Of a stretch of DNA of 64,000 nt, positions 1 to 8,954 are shown piece by piece. Position 1 is the first letter of the stretch, and every line of letters starts with the position of its first letter. The notes beneath the pieces are model-generated. The model was not told the origin of the DNA. It saw only the letters and a list, made by a program, of their open reading frames with translations, and did no database searches. Source of the stretch: a virus; the IMG/VR virus record IMGVR_UViG_3300031834_000001, positions 1 through 64,000 of that record; one strand, written 5' to 3'. Both the position numbers and the translations under genes were made by a program.

Positions 1-159
1 ACGACCGCGACTTGCCGGATATGCGAGGAGTCCGGGGTCGGGCGGGTCGGGTGTTCGCGACGTGACCCGTGTAACACTCTGGGACGGTTGCAGAGCGAGT
101 GGAGTAGCTAGGAGCACCGGACCCGGCTCCCATGCGGGGCGAGGAGAACGAGAGGAGAG

Positions 160-423
160 GTGAACACCATGTGCGACCCGAAGCCGGGGGTACACTTGAG
201 GGCCGCCGGGAGGTGGGTCTCCGCGTTGACCGCGCTTACCGCGCAGGTCCAGGGAGCCAGAGACGCCTCGCGGAACCTGTTCAGCCAAGTGAACCATGAG
301 ACGAAGGGCGAGTCGTTCCACATTCATCTGGCCGACAAGACAAGCCTGGTCGAACTCCGTGACGGACTGAGGCGGGGCGTGGCCGACTTGGACGCCGCGC
401 TCGAATTGTTCGGCGAGGTGTGA
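160..423 (+). CDS. Hypothetical protein
   Basis: RBS GAGGAG/GAGGTG upstream; followed by a terminator-like hairpin. Confidence 0.6.
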   Translation: MNTMCDPKPGVHLRAAGRWVSALTALTAQVQGARDASRNLFSQVNHETKGESFHIHLADKTSLVELRDGLRRGVADLDAALELFGEV

Positions 424-444
424 GGAGGCACCCACGTCTCCCCC

Positions 445-477
445 GCCCGCCCTGTCCGCCGGGGCGGGCTTCTCTTT
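445..477 (+). terminator. Rho-independent terminator
   Basis: GCCCGCCC/GGGCGGGC stem followed by TTCTCTTT. Confidence 0.6.
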
Positions 478-611
478 CCCTCCTCCCCTGCCATCCGGCT
501 TCGGTGAAGTCGTCGACTCCAACAAACCCTTGGGGCTAATGAGGTTGAGGCCATCGGCCGTCTAGAAAAGGGGGAGTCTGTCGACCTGCATCTCCCGTCC
601 GCCTAGCCCTA

Positions 612-641
612 AAGGAACCTCCCTCTCCGCGCCTCAATGAC
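612..641 (+). promoter_or_regulatory. Recurrent bipartite promoter-like motif, copy 1
   Basis: AAGGAACCTC-N13-CAATGAC upstream of RBS GGAGG and the methyltransferase start. Confidence 0.65.
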
Positions 642-662
642 CAGGTAGCGGAGGTGGCCGGG

Positions 663-1751
663 ATGGTGACGCCATACTGGGAGGACCGCGAAGCGGGGTT
701 GACCATTTACTGCGGGGACTGCCTCACCATCCTCTCCTCCCTTCCCGCCGAGTCCGTCTCGCTCATCTTCGCGGACCCGCCCTACAATATTGGCAAGGCC
801 GCCTGGGACCGCATAGACGACTATCTCGGCTGGTCGGCCAGGTGGATAGCGGCGGCGTCCAGGGTGCTCAAGCCCAACGGGGCGTTTTGGGTAAGCCACA
901 CTAAACCGGAAGTCCTGATCGAGATAGGCCGCATGATCGAGCGGCACGGCCGGAAGCGGCTCAACTGGGTGACGTGGGACAAGTACAACGGAACGGGCGG
1001 CGGCAAACGGTACCTTCTGAACCGCACGAAGGTAGCTAACCCGAACGACAAGCGGCGGCTCGACGGTGACGCCGAATACCTCATCTACCACGCCGACGAA
1101 GGCGAGTGGGCGAACCAGACCGACCGGACGCGAGGGTTCATCTTCGAGCCGTTGAGGGCGTACCTAGACGGCGAGAGGGCGAGGGCGGGTGTGGGCAAGG
1201 TGGCCTGCAACGTGGTCTGCGGGTTTAGCGCGTCCCCGGGAGGCATGGCTTCCCGGCACTACTTCGGCCGTTCCCAATGGCAACTTCCGACCTGCGGACA
1301 CTATGAGGCCATGAGGCGACTCTTCAACGCCGGCGGGGGCGACTACCTCTCCCGAGATTACGAGCACCTGCGCCGGGAGTACGAGGACCTGCGCGAACAG
1401 TACCACCACCTCCGCTATACATTCAACAACCCCGGCAAGGCGTCCTCGGTGTGGCAGTTCGACCCGGCTCCCCGGAACGGCCACCCGACTCCGAAGCCCG
1501 TGGCCCTCCTCGAAAGAATCATCGCCACATGCACCGATCCCGGCGACCTCATCCTCGACCCCTTCCTCGGCAGCGGGACTACCCTCGTCGCCGCGAAAAT
1601 GCTGGGCCGTCGGGCTACTGGGGTGGAGGTTAGCGAGGAGTATTGTGCCCTCGCCGTCCGCAGGTTGGCTCAGGAGGTCCTGCCCTTTCACGTTCCCCGG
1701 GTGGCGAAGGCGACCCCGGCGGAGCAGCTCGCCTTCACCGCCCCAGGCTAG
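663..1751 (+). CDS. DNA methyltransferase, N4C/N6A beta class
   Basis: GDCL, DPPY catalytic motif, [20 protein letters not shown]-binding motif; YEHLR/YEDLR heptad insert. Confidence 0.95.
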   Translation: MVTPYWEDREAGLTIYCGDCLTILSSLPAESVSLIFADPPYNIGKAAWDRIDDYLGWSARWIAAASRVLKPNGAFWVSHTKPEVLIEIGRMIERHGRKRLNWVTWDKYNGTGGGKRYLLNRTKVANPNDKRRLDGDAEYLIYHADEGEWANQTDRTRGFIFEPLRAYLDGERARAGVGKVACNVVCGFSASPGGMASRHYFGRSQWQLPTCGHYEAMRRLFNAGGGDYLSRDYEHLRREYEDLREQYHHLRYTFNNPGKASSVWQFDPAPRNGHPTPKPVALLERIIATCTDPGDLILDPFLGSGTTLVAAKMLGRRATGVEVSEEYCALAVRRLAQEVLPFHVPRVAKATPAEQLAFTAPG

Positions 1752-1778
1752 CCCGCCCTTCCTTCGCCTCCCGAACTA

Positions 1779-2066
1779 GTGGCAGATGAGTGGCACAACT
1801 TTTTCCCCACGTTATCCGAAACGAACCCACGTTCGCCATTGGGGCAAGCGGCCCCAGACGCCCGTTCGCTACAAACCACCCTCTGTCTGCGGCTTCCCTG
1901 GCTGGTAGAAGAGACTGGTGGAGCCGATGGGGATCGAACCCACGGCCTCATGAATGCCATTCACGGGGCCGCCATTTCGAACGAACCCGGAATCCCTTGT
2001 ACCGCCTGGTTTTCAGGTCTCGCCGAACATACGTTCAGCCAAAAACAGAGGCAGAATGGTGGCACG
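1779..2066. other. attP attachment site (core plus arm-type sites)
   Basis: tRNA 3' half core at 1916-1965 flanked by GTGGCAGA-N3-GTGGCACA (1779-1797) and GAGGCAGA-N3-GTGGCACG (2048-2066). Confidence 0.75.
1916..1965 (-). tRNA. 3' half of tRNA-Ala(GGC), att core; not a complete tRNA
   Basis: Reverse complement CGTGAATGGCATTCATGAGGCCGTGGGTTCGATCCCCATCGGCTCCACCA has the GGC anticodon arm, T arm and CCA; D arm and 5' acceptor strand are absent. Confidence 0.88.
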
Positions 2067-2521
2067 GTTCAAAAGGGGTTCCGAGTTGACATAAGACCAC
2101 GGTAAAGGCTACAGAGCATTATACCACGTTGGAAGCGCACAATTTGTCGAAGGGTGTCGAGGACGGAGAAAGTGGGTCCGTGGCGGCCAACCCCCGGAAT
2201 CGACAGGGCCGAACTCGCCCACTGGCCCGGCTTGCCGCCCGCCCTCTCGCCCACGCTTCCGAATGGCGTTGCCGTCGCCACTCCCCGCTTCCACTACCTT
2301 ATCATTTTTCCGCACACCCTGATCGGGCAACTATCATTGGCCGATTTAGCAGGGACAACGCCGCAAAAGATGAGCACAAAGAGGAGTGCCTACCGGGGGT
2401 AATGCGAGGTTTCTTGAGTTGACGCAAGTCTGCCTCTGTGGGAAACTATCCACTAGATTACTAGGGACGACTGGGAGGTCTCCTTGGTTGCCAGAGTTTG
2501 TATGCTGAGGAGGAAAGCAGG

Positions 2522-2731
2522 ATGTCATCGAGTGAGACCGTTAAGGACCTGCCTGCGCTATGGAAGCCCGCCGACGCCGCCGCGTTCCTGGGCGTCCAAC
2601 CATCGACGGTCTACATGATGGTCCGAACCCGGACGATTCCCCATATCCGGGTCGGACCGCGCCTGATAAGGTTCGACCGCGAGACTCTGCGGAGATGGGT
2701 CGCTAAGGGCGGCTCCCCATCGGAGGCGTAA
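2522..2731 (+). CDS. Excisionase-like HTH_17 DNA-binding protein
   Basis: AAAFLGVQPSTVY...IPHIRVGPRLIRFDRETLRRW; near attP. Confidence 0.85.
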   Translation: MSSSETVKDLPALWKPADAAAFLGVQPSTVYMMVRTRTIPHIRVGPRLIRFDRETLRRWVAKGGSPSEA

Positions 2732-2839
2732 CGCGATGTCATTGGAGACACGGGAGACGGATCACAACGTCCTCTCCGACAATCGTTGCCCGATAGACCG
2801 AGAGGCCGTCCGCCCCCTCACTGAGAGCGGGGTGAGATA

Positions 2840-3820
2840 GTGGCCCGGCCCCGCAAGGCGACGGTCGATTACTTTCCACACGTGGTCGTCCACGGCCAGA
2901 CAATGTTCATCCTCGAATCCCGGTATGGGAATGACGGTTACTCCTTCTGGTTCAAGTTGCTCGAACTCCTCGGTTCCACGGAGGGCCACGTCCTCGACTG
3001 CAACAACTCGGCGACGTGGGAGTTTCTGATGGCGAAAACCCACCTGAGCGAGAGTTCCTGCTCCGGTATCCTCGACCTCCTGGCGTTACTGGCCGCCATT
3101 GACGCCGGCCTGTGGCGGGAACACCGCCTAGTCTGGTGCCAGAAGTTCGTCGACGGAGTGGCCGATGCGTACCGTAAGCGGCAGTCCGCAGTCCCCGAGC
3201 GGCCATGTCCGAAGGTTTCCGACGCCGGGAACGGGGAGCAGGTGGGGTTTCCGCTCCAGAAACCCTCGGTAGGCGGGGCAACAGACGACGGAAAGTCCCA
3301 AACGAAACTAAAGGATATTAAAAGAGAGGAGAGTAGTACTACTAGTGATCCCCCCGCCCCCCCCTCACTGACGCCTGAACCTCTTCTAACAGACGCGACC
3401 CCTACCGAGCGACAAATCCTCGCCGTCCTCAAGGCCATCGACGGTTACCCGTTCACCTATGCGCTAGACCTCGAAAAGGTGGTTCGCGGCTTTGCTGTCG
3501 ATTACCCCGCGATAGACATTCTCGCCGAGGTCAAGAAGTGGGCTGTCCACGTCATAGACAAGCCCCTCAAGCCGAAGGGCAATCCGCGACTCAGGTTCCG
3601 GAACTGGCTGACGAAGGCAGTTGAGATCGCAGAAGAGCGACGCGAAGGAGGAAGACGAAATGGCACAACTACTTCAGGAACTCCTCGACAAGCGGAGAGC
3701 GACTCCATTCGCCGGGATGCAAGAGATGAACCGGACTCCCGCCTCGACCGACTCAATGGCGGCATTATCCACCCTGACGGGAGCGTCGAGCCGTGGGTGG
3801 ACATTTCAGAACCTGACTGA
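2840..3820 (+). CDS. Phage replication initiator (Lin1244/DUF4373-like)
   Basis: N-terminal MARPRKATVDYFPH...YGNDGYSFWFKLLE; C-terminal RLRFRNWL; upstream of a DnaC-like gene. Confidence 0.85.
   Translation: MARPRKATVDYFPHVVVHGQTMFILESRYGNDGYSFWFKLLELLGSTEGHVLDCNNSATWEFLMAKTHLSESSCSGILDLLALLAAIDAGLWREHRLVWCQKFVDGVADAYRKRQSAVPERPCPKVSDAGNGEQVGFPLQKPSVGGATDDGKSQTKLKDIKREESSTTSDPPAPPSLTPEPLLTDATPTERQILAVLKAIDGYPFTYALDLEKVVRGFAVDYPAIDILAEVKKWAVHVIDKPLKPKGNPRLRFRNWLTKAVEIAEERREGGRRNGTTTSGTPRQAESDSIRRDARDEPDSRLDRLNGGIIHPDGSVEPWVDISEPD
3214..3350. repeat. Putative replication origin (iteron-like repeats plus AT-rich tract) inside the initiator gene
   Basis: GGTTTCCGACGCCGGGAAC and GGTTTCCGCTCCAGAAAC followed by an A-rich tract at 3300-3350. 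Confidence 0.45.
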
Positions 3821-4703
3821 ATTGCAGGTCACCGAGTGCGCTCGCATTCTTGAGAGGTTGTCGGAGTCTGATGCGAAATGCAAAGTCTGCCCCGGTCTCC
3901 GTCCTCAACCTCCAGAAGACGGGGTAATCCGAACTATGAGCCAGACGCCGTATTGGGAGGAGCCCGAACTCTGCGACGGCGTCCGGCGCGAAGCAGACCG
4001 CGACCGCTGGGGGAGCCTGGTGGAAACGTCGGTATACTGCGAACTTAGCCAGGCCGCCATGATCGAGGCGCACTACGTGAAACTGCTCCGGGGGGCAAGC
4101 ATCCCCGGAGGCACGGACCACATGACCCTGTCCAACTTCAAGGCGACGCGGGGCACGAAGGCCGCCTACCAATCCGCTTGCGACTTCGCCGAGGGCCGCT
4201 CCGAGCGAGGCATCGTCCTCTCCGGCCCCACGGGCTGCGGGAAGAGCCATCTGGCCATCGGGATTCTGCGGCGTCGGCTCGAACGGCACCAACCCGGCAT
4301 TTTCCGGACGGTCCCGGAACTGCTTGACACTCTCCGGGCCGCCCAGCGGTCCGACGATAACCGGGCCGACAAGATCATGGAGTTACTGAAGACTACCCCG
4401 CTCCTGTGCCTCGACGACTTCGGAACCGAAAAGGGAACAGAGTGGTCCGTCGAGCGGCTCTTTATCGTCCTCAACGCTCGGGAACTCAACGCTGGCCCCA
4501 TGGTGGTCACTACCAACTTCGCGAAACCGGGAGACCTCGCTAAGCGGCTCGGCGGCATCCCCGGAGAACGCATCGTCTCCCGGTTGCGGGGACTCTGTTC
4601 GTGGGCCCAGATGGACGCGCCGGATTACCGTGGTCGCCCGGTCGGGAAGGATGATGGGAAAGGCCAGGACCCCGGCCAACCCGGCGGCGGCTTGCCAGCG
4701 TAA
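3660..4703 (+). CDS. DnaC/IstB-like AAA+ helicase loader
   Basis: Walker A GPTGCGKS, Walker B LCLDDFG, VTTN, RIVSRL; start codon uncertain. Confidence 0.92.
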   Translation: MAQLLQELLDKRRATPFAGMQEMNRTPASTDSMAALSTLTGASSRGWTFQNLTELQVTECARILERLSESDAKCKVCPGLRPQPPEDGVIRTMSQTPYWEEPELCDGVRREADRDRWGSLVETSVYCELSQAAMIEAHYVKLLRGASIPGGTDHMTLSNFKATRGTKAAYQSACDFAEGRSERGIVLSGPTGCGKSHLAIGILRRRLERHQPGIFRTVPELLDTLRAAQRSDDNRADKIMELLKTTPLLCLDDFGTEKGTEWSVERLFIVLNARELNAGPMVVTTNFAKPGDLAKRLGGIPGERIVSRLRGLCSWAQMDAPDYRGRPVGKDDGKGQDPGQPGGGLPA

Positions 4704-4732
4704 GGCTCACACCTGGGCGCGGCGGGAGACAT

Positions 4733-5056
4733 CTAGGCTCTCGCCGCGCGTCGCCCCTTCGCCCCCCTCCCCATCCTCGCCCCGCACATCACACACACTC
4801 TCCTCGGTATCGCCGACGCCTCCGCGGCCAGCCCGGCGAACCCGGCTACCCCGAACCACGATGGCCGCCAGAACGCCCAGGCTATCCAGGCGCAGACGAC
4901 TGCCGCCGTGGCCCAGAGGAGGGCCTCCTCCCACCGGCTTACCTTCTTGACCGTGACACCCCGGCAGACCGGGCAAACGTACCCTCGCCGTTCTCCCATT
5001 CCAACACCCTCCCCCGTCACCCAGAATTTGTCTCCTATGCCCGCAAGGAGCGGCAA
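4733..5056 (-). CDS. Small membrane protein with CxxC pairs, downstream of the repressor
   Basis: CPVC and CVMC flank two hydrophobic segments; same strand as CI. Confidence 0.55.
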   Translation of the reverse strand: MPLLAGIGDKFWVTGEGVGMGERRGYVCPVCRGVTVKKVSRWEEALLWATAAVVCAWIAWAFWRPSWFGVAGFAGLAAEASAIPRRVCVMCGARMGRGAKGRRAARA

Positions 5057-5339
5057 CCCGGCAGTCCGCGTCGTCGGCCGGGGTTGTCTGCCGGTCCGGC
5101 TCCCCTCCCTCCCCCAGGGACATCCGGGGAGCCTGCCAGACCGCTCCTCTTCATCCTCCCTCGTTGTTCTGGCTCGTGGAACGTGTCCGCTTGGCTCGTT
5201 TCCTATTTGCGCCGCTGGCCCGGAGTAGGACGCTGTCGGGGGTAATTAGAGCTAGGATTGGGTACTTCAACCACGGAGTCCGCCGGATAACCGGCTGGTC
5301 GGATTGTTTTCTCGTCATAATGTCGGGCGCGGTCTTGGC

Positions 5340-5765
5340 CTATGGTTTCTTGGCTCTTATCAACTCCCGGCGGATCGTCTCCACTATGCTCTTCAGGGCC
5401 TCGGCGTCTAGCCCGGCGTCGGCGGCCTCCTTGGCGGCCAGGACGTAGGCTCCCGCTCCGGGGCCGACTACCCACTCCCTCACCTCGGGCGGATAGTGGG
5501 CCAGGTAGTCCTTGAGGTAAAGGCGCTTGCCCGAGTAGCCGGGTCTGTCGGTCAAGCCGAACAGATAATCAAGGGACACGTCCAGAATCTCGGCGAGCCG
5601 GACAAGCGTTTCCGTGTCGGGGTCCCTCTGGCCCTTCTCGTACCGGGTAATGGTCGGGCCGCCGAGGGACACCATTTTGCCGAGGTCCTTGGCGGTCAGA
5701 CCCCGCGATTCCCGCAACATCCGCAACCGTTCGCCGAACTCACCTAGTTCGCCCATCGGACTCAT
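5340..5765 (-). CDS. CI-like XRE repressor
   Basis: FGERLRMLRESRGLT...ITRYEKGQRDP...LAEILDVSLDYL; divergent from Cro. Confidence 0.93.
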   Translation of the reverse strand: MSPMGELGEFGERLRMLRESRGLTAKDLGKMVSLGGPTITRYEKGQRDPDTETLVRLAEILDVSLDYLFGLTDRPGYSGKRLYLKDYLAHYPPEVREWVVGPGAGAYVLAAKEAADAGLDAEALKSIVETIRRELIRAKKP

Positions 5766-5778
5766 CTTATCTCACCTA

Positions 5779-5879
5779 GTTCCTGCCGGGAATGAATTCG
5801 CCCCAGATGGCATCTCCCTCTTGACGTCGTTCCCGCCGGGAATGTATACTCGCATCAGAGGTAGTGCCTGGGAGGCATG
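5779..5879. promoter_or_regulatory. Lysis/lysogeny switch: operators plus sigma-A promoter
   Basis: GTTCC(T/C)GCCGGGAATG at 5779 and 5829; related CC-N5-GGCAT sites at 5802 and 5867; TTGACG(5821)-N18-TATACT(5845) brackets one operator. Confidence 0.8.
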
Positions 5880-5887
5880 TCAGAGAT

Positions 5888-6103
5888 ATGTTGAACCCCA
5901 TTGCCCTGCGTATGGCCCGCGAAGCCCGCGGACTCAAGCCCAGCCAGGCCGCCGATAGAGCCCAGGTATCGCGGGCTTACTGGCTGAACCTAGAGGCCGG
6001 GCGCAAGCACGGACCCTCTGGAGACGTTCTTGTCAGGCTCGCGGAGGCCGTTGGCGTCACCGTCGAGTCCATCGTGACTCGCAGGGATGTCATCGCCTCC
6101 TAG
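5888..6103 (+). CDS. Cro-like XRE regulator
   Basis: LRMAREARGL...VSRAYWLNLEAG...LAEAVGVTVESI. Confidence 0.88.
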   Translation: MLNPIALRMAREARGLKPSQAADRAQVSRAYWLNLEAGRKHGPSGDVLVRLAEAVGVTVESIVTRRDVIAS

Positions 6104-6152
6104 TCTTACGCTGGTGGCCCCCGGCTATACCACCGGGGCCTGAACGGAGGGG

Positions 6153-6425
6153 TTGGCCATGACGCTCCAGGCTACCGAGGACGACCACCTACCCGAGCAG
6201 TTCGGCACGGGCCTGGCCGCAAGGTTGCTCGGTTGTTCCCGGTCAACCGTGGTGGCCATGTGCCGTCGGGGAGAGTTGCCGCACCGGCTCGGGTACGGAG
6301 GCCGCTTCAAGTTCTCGGCGCGGACCTGGAGGCCGTGGTTCGCCACTCGGTTCGTCGCCCAGTTAGCCACGCCCGCCACCTCCTCGAAAACCCGGAAACG
6401 CAGTGTCCATCGGCCTCTAGCATAG
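6153..6425 (+). CDS. HTH_17/excisionase-like DNA-binding protein
   Basis: AARLLGCSRSTVVAMCRRGELP. Confidence 0.7.
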   Translation: MAMTLQATEDDHLPEQFGTGLAARLLGCSRSTVVAMCRRGELPHRLGYGGRFKFSARTWRPWFATRFVAQLATPATSSKTRKRSVHRPLA

Positions 6426-6479
6426 CATGGAGATTCATGCCAGTACAAGGAGTTAGTGCTACGGAAGGGAGGAGTTAGG

Positions 6480-7073
6480 ATGTCAGGGGCTACTATGAGT
6501 GCCGGGTTAACCGGCCTGATGCTACGCCGATGCAGGGAGAGGAGAGGCATGCCCCAGGCCGACTTCGGAGCCGAAACTGGCTATGGTAAAGCGGCCATCG
6601 GGCACGTCGAAACCGGCCGGCGGAACGGCGACACTCTCCGCATCGCCGGGGTGGCCGACGACGCCGGGGTGTTCCAGGCCATCCAAGCGGACGCCACGGG
6701 AGGAGTCATGGCCGACGCCATCCTGACGGGCCCGAAAGTCCGGTTGGATTGTCTCGCCGTGGCCACCAAGACCCTTGAGGAACTCCGGGAGGCCGTCACG
6801 GCTATCGAGGCCGCCATCCCGGACCTCATCAACGCCACGTCCGCCGAGGACATCACAGATACTGCTCGCTCCCGGATCGCCAGGGTCCTCCATGAAGCCC
6901 CGGAGGCCAAGACCGGCCTGGGGGCCCTCATCCGCTCGTTGTGCGAGACGTTCGAGTTCAGCCCGACCGCCCTCTACGCCGACCACCTGGCCGAACTCCG
7001 CGCGAAGGGCTTCGTCGCAAGCGGAACGGAGGTGGCCCGGCATGTCCATCGTGTCCGCCGTCAGTCGGCCTAG
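6480..7073 (+). CDS. XRE HTH protein (CII-like position)
   Basis: LRRCRERRGMPQADFG...AIGHVETGRR. Confidence 0.7.
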   Translation: MSGATMSAGLTGLMLRRCRERRGMPQADFGAETGYGKAAIGHVETGRRNGDTLRIAGVADDAGVFQAIQADATGGVMADAILTGPKVRLDCLAVATKTLEELREAVTAIEAAIPDLINATSAEDITDTARSRIARVLHEAPEAKTGLGALIRSLCETFEFSPTALYADHLAELRAKGFVASGTEVARHVHRVRRQSA

Positions 7074-7411
7074 CCGCCGAGTCGTCCTAACCCGGCCAGG
7101 GTGCTTCGCGCCGGAGCCGGTCGCCCAGCCCGCCCAGTCGGCCCATGTCGGCCCGAACATCGAGCAGGGGGCCGTCGGTTGGATGGAGGCCCTGACTCCT
7201 GGGGCGAGAGAGTTGGCCGAGTCGTTCCTCGCGGAGGTTATGGGTAGCCGGGGAATCCGGGCTTACCGGAGCCCGTGGTTCACCGTGGTCCGGGTGGGCC
7301 GCAAGTTCGAGGTGAGGGCGACCGATGCGGGCGCGAGATACATGGCGTTCGAGTCGGATCCGTTGGACGGGCGGGGGCTGGGGCAAATCATGAAGGGGCG
7401 GTGGGAGTGAG

Positions 7412-7894
7412 ATGGCGCAGGTCAAGGTAACCGCAGAGGCTACCCTGTTCGAGCACTACGAGAACGGGACCCTGGAAGAGGCCGTCATCAAGGCGGCGGC
7501 AGAACAGGTGCTCACCGGGATGCAGGACAAGGTCGATAGACAGGTGCTCGCTATGGTCAAGGGAGCCGCCGCCGCAGTCGTCAAGGCCCAGGTTCTTGAG
7601 GCGGTCAGGGGTCCCTACCGGCAGACCAACGCTTACGGCGAGGACGCCGGCAAGTCCATCACTCTCGCCGAGATGATCCGCCAGCAAGTCAACGCTCAGG
7701 TTGGCGGAGGCTACAACGAGCCCCGGCAGACCTTCCTGGAAAAGACCATCCACGATGCCGTCAAGGCCGCCCTCCAGAACGAACTCAAGGGCATGGCCGA
7801 CGAAGCGCGAGCCAAGTTCAAGAAGGCTCTCGACGATGTCGTTGTGGCCACTCTGCGCGACAACCTGAAGAAGGCGCTGGGCCTGCCTGACTGA
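7412..7894 (+). CDS. Hypothetical helical protein
   Basis: Clean 160 aa ORF with typical codon use. Confidence 0.75.
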   Translation: MAQVKVTAEATLFEHYENGTLEEAVIKAAAEQVLTGMQDKVDRQVLAMVKGAAAAVVKAQVLEAVRGPYRQTNAYGEDAGKSITLAEMIRQQVNAQVGGGYNEPRQTFLEKTIHDAVKAALQNELKGMADEARAKFKKALDDVVVATLRDNLKKALGLPD

Positions 7895-7965
7895 CAACCC
7901 AGGCCAGCGGGCGCGACTCGTTGGCCGGGACCTTTGAGGACACTTGTGACGCTGACAACCGAGTT

Positions 7966-8194
7966 TCGTCGATGGCAGCGACCAGGCGTAGCGCATCCGG
8001 CCAACATCACTACGCTAAATCGGGTTGGATAAGACCCAGTGTGCCCAAAACCGTAACGGGAGGGTAGCCGGAGCCGGGGCAGGACCGGCCGCCATCGACG
8101 ACTGGCTGGCGGGGCGGCGTGGTGACAAGTAGCGCACCTATTAGCGGCGGCCGCACAAGTGCCGGTGGTAGGCAATCCGGCCCCCGCCAGCCAG
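7966..8194 (+). ncRNA. Two tandem tRNA-like structured elements (putative ncRNAs)
   Basis: Closing stems 7966-7976/8091-8101 and 8102-8114/8182-8194, each with a GCCGG/CCGGC hairpin next to the 3' strand. Confidence 0.45.
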
Positions 8195-8198
8195 GACT

Positions 8199-8444
8199 TT
8201 GATAGCCTTTGTGGACGCGAGAGGGGGCGAGGAAGTGGATGACGGCGACAGGATTGTGAGGCTTCACCGGGACACCGCAAACGGCCGTTGGCGCGCGCGC
8301 CTAGACGGGGAGACGGAGATCGAGGGTTGGGGCGACACTATTGCGGATGCCCTAGATGGACTGATCGATGAGATCGAGATGGCCGAGGAAGCCGATGACG
8401 TTGAGGATGACGACGCGGCAACGGACGGCCAGCCAGGACTTTGA
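8199..8444 (+). CDS. Small acidic hypothetical protein (HicB-like GWGDTIADA motif)
   Basis: EIEGWGDTIADALDGL; flanked by a 17 bp direct repeat. Confidence 0.5.
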   Translation: MIAFVDARGGEEVDDGDRIVRLHRDTANGRWRARLDGETEIEGWGDTIADALDGLIDEIEMAEEADDVEDDDAATDGQPGL

Positions 8445-8585
8445 CGCCAACGAGGGCCGCCGGTAACCGTGGCACCCGGTTCGGACGGTGACGGCCCGTT
8501 GTGATAGGTAAGGCGGCAACACCCTGAGGCCGGGGCGGTTGAGCCGAGCCGGGGCCGCCCCGGTGAGCGGGAGAGGGAGGCTAAC

Positions 8586-8954
8586 ATGACCGACTGCTTC
8601 CGAGGTTACATGCCCGGAGTGTGCGTCTGCCTGGTGGCCGAAGAATGCCGGGCGGCCAAGTCGGATCCGACCGTCCCGCAGACCCTCGCAGGATGGGTCA
8701 TCCACTACCGCAACGGGTTGGCCGAGATGAGTGGCGCGGCGAAGTCGTTGGCCGAGTCTTTCGAGTCCGCCTACCTCATGTGCCACGGGTGCTTCCTCAA
8801 CCCCCACCGCGAGCCGTGCAACGGGAAACCGGTGGAGTGCAAGGCCCTCGCGGACGACATGTGGCAGGTTCATCTGGCGGCTCTCGGGGTGCTTGCGAGA
8901 CTCAAAAGCGATGCGGAGGCACAGGCCAAGGAGGCTAACCATGAACAAGATTGA
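8586..8954 (+). CDS. Cys-rich hypothetical protein
   Basis: RBS GGAGG; overlaps the next gene. Confidence 0.65.
   Translation: MTDCFRGYMPGVCVCLVAEECRAAKSDPTVPQTLAGWVIHYRNGLAEMSGAAKSLAESFESAYLMCHGCFLNPHREPCNGKPVECKALADDMWQVHLAALGVLARLKSDAEAQAKEANHEQD

Noticed and set aside
1916-1965. Functional tRNA-Ala gene
   Set aside because: The 5' acceptor strand and D arm are missing; better explained as an att core
3660-4703. IS21 IstB transposition helper
   Set aside because: No IstA transposase or terminal repeats; it follows a replication initiator
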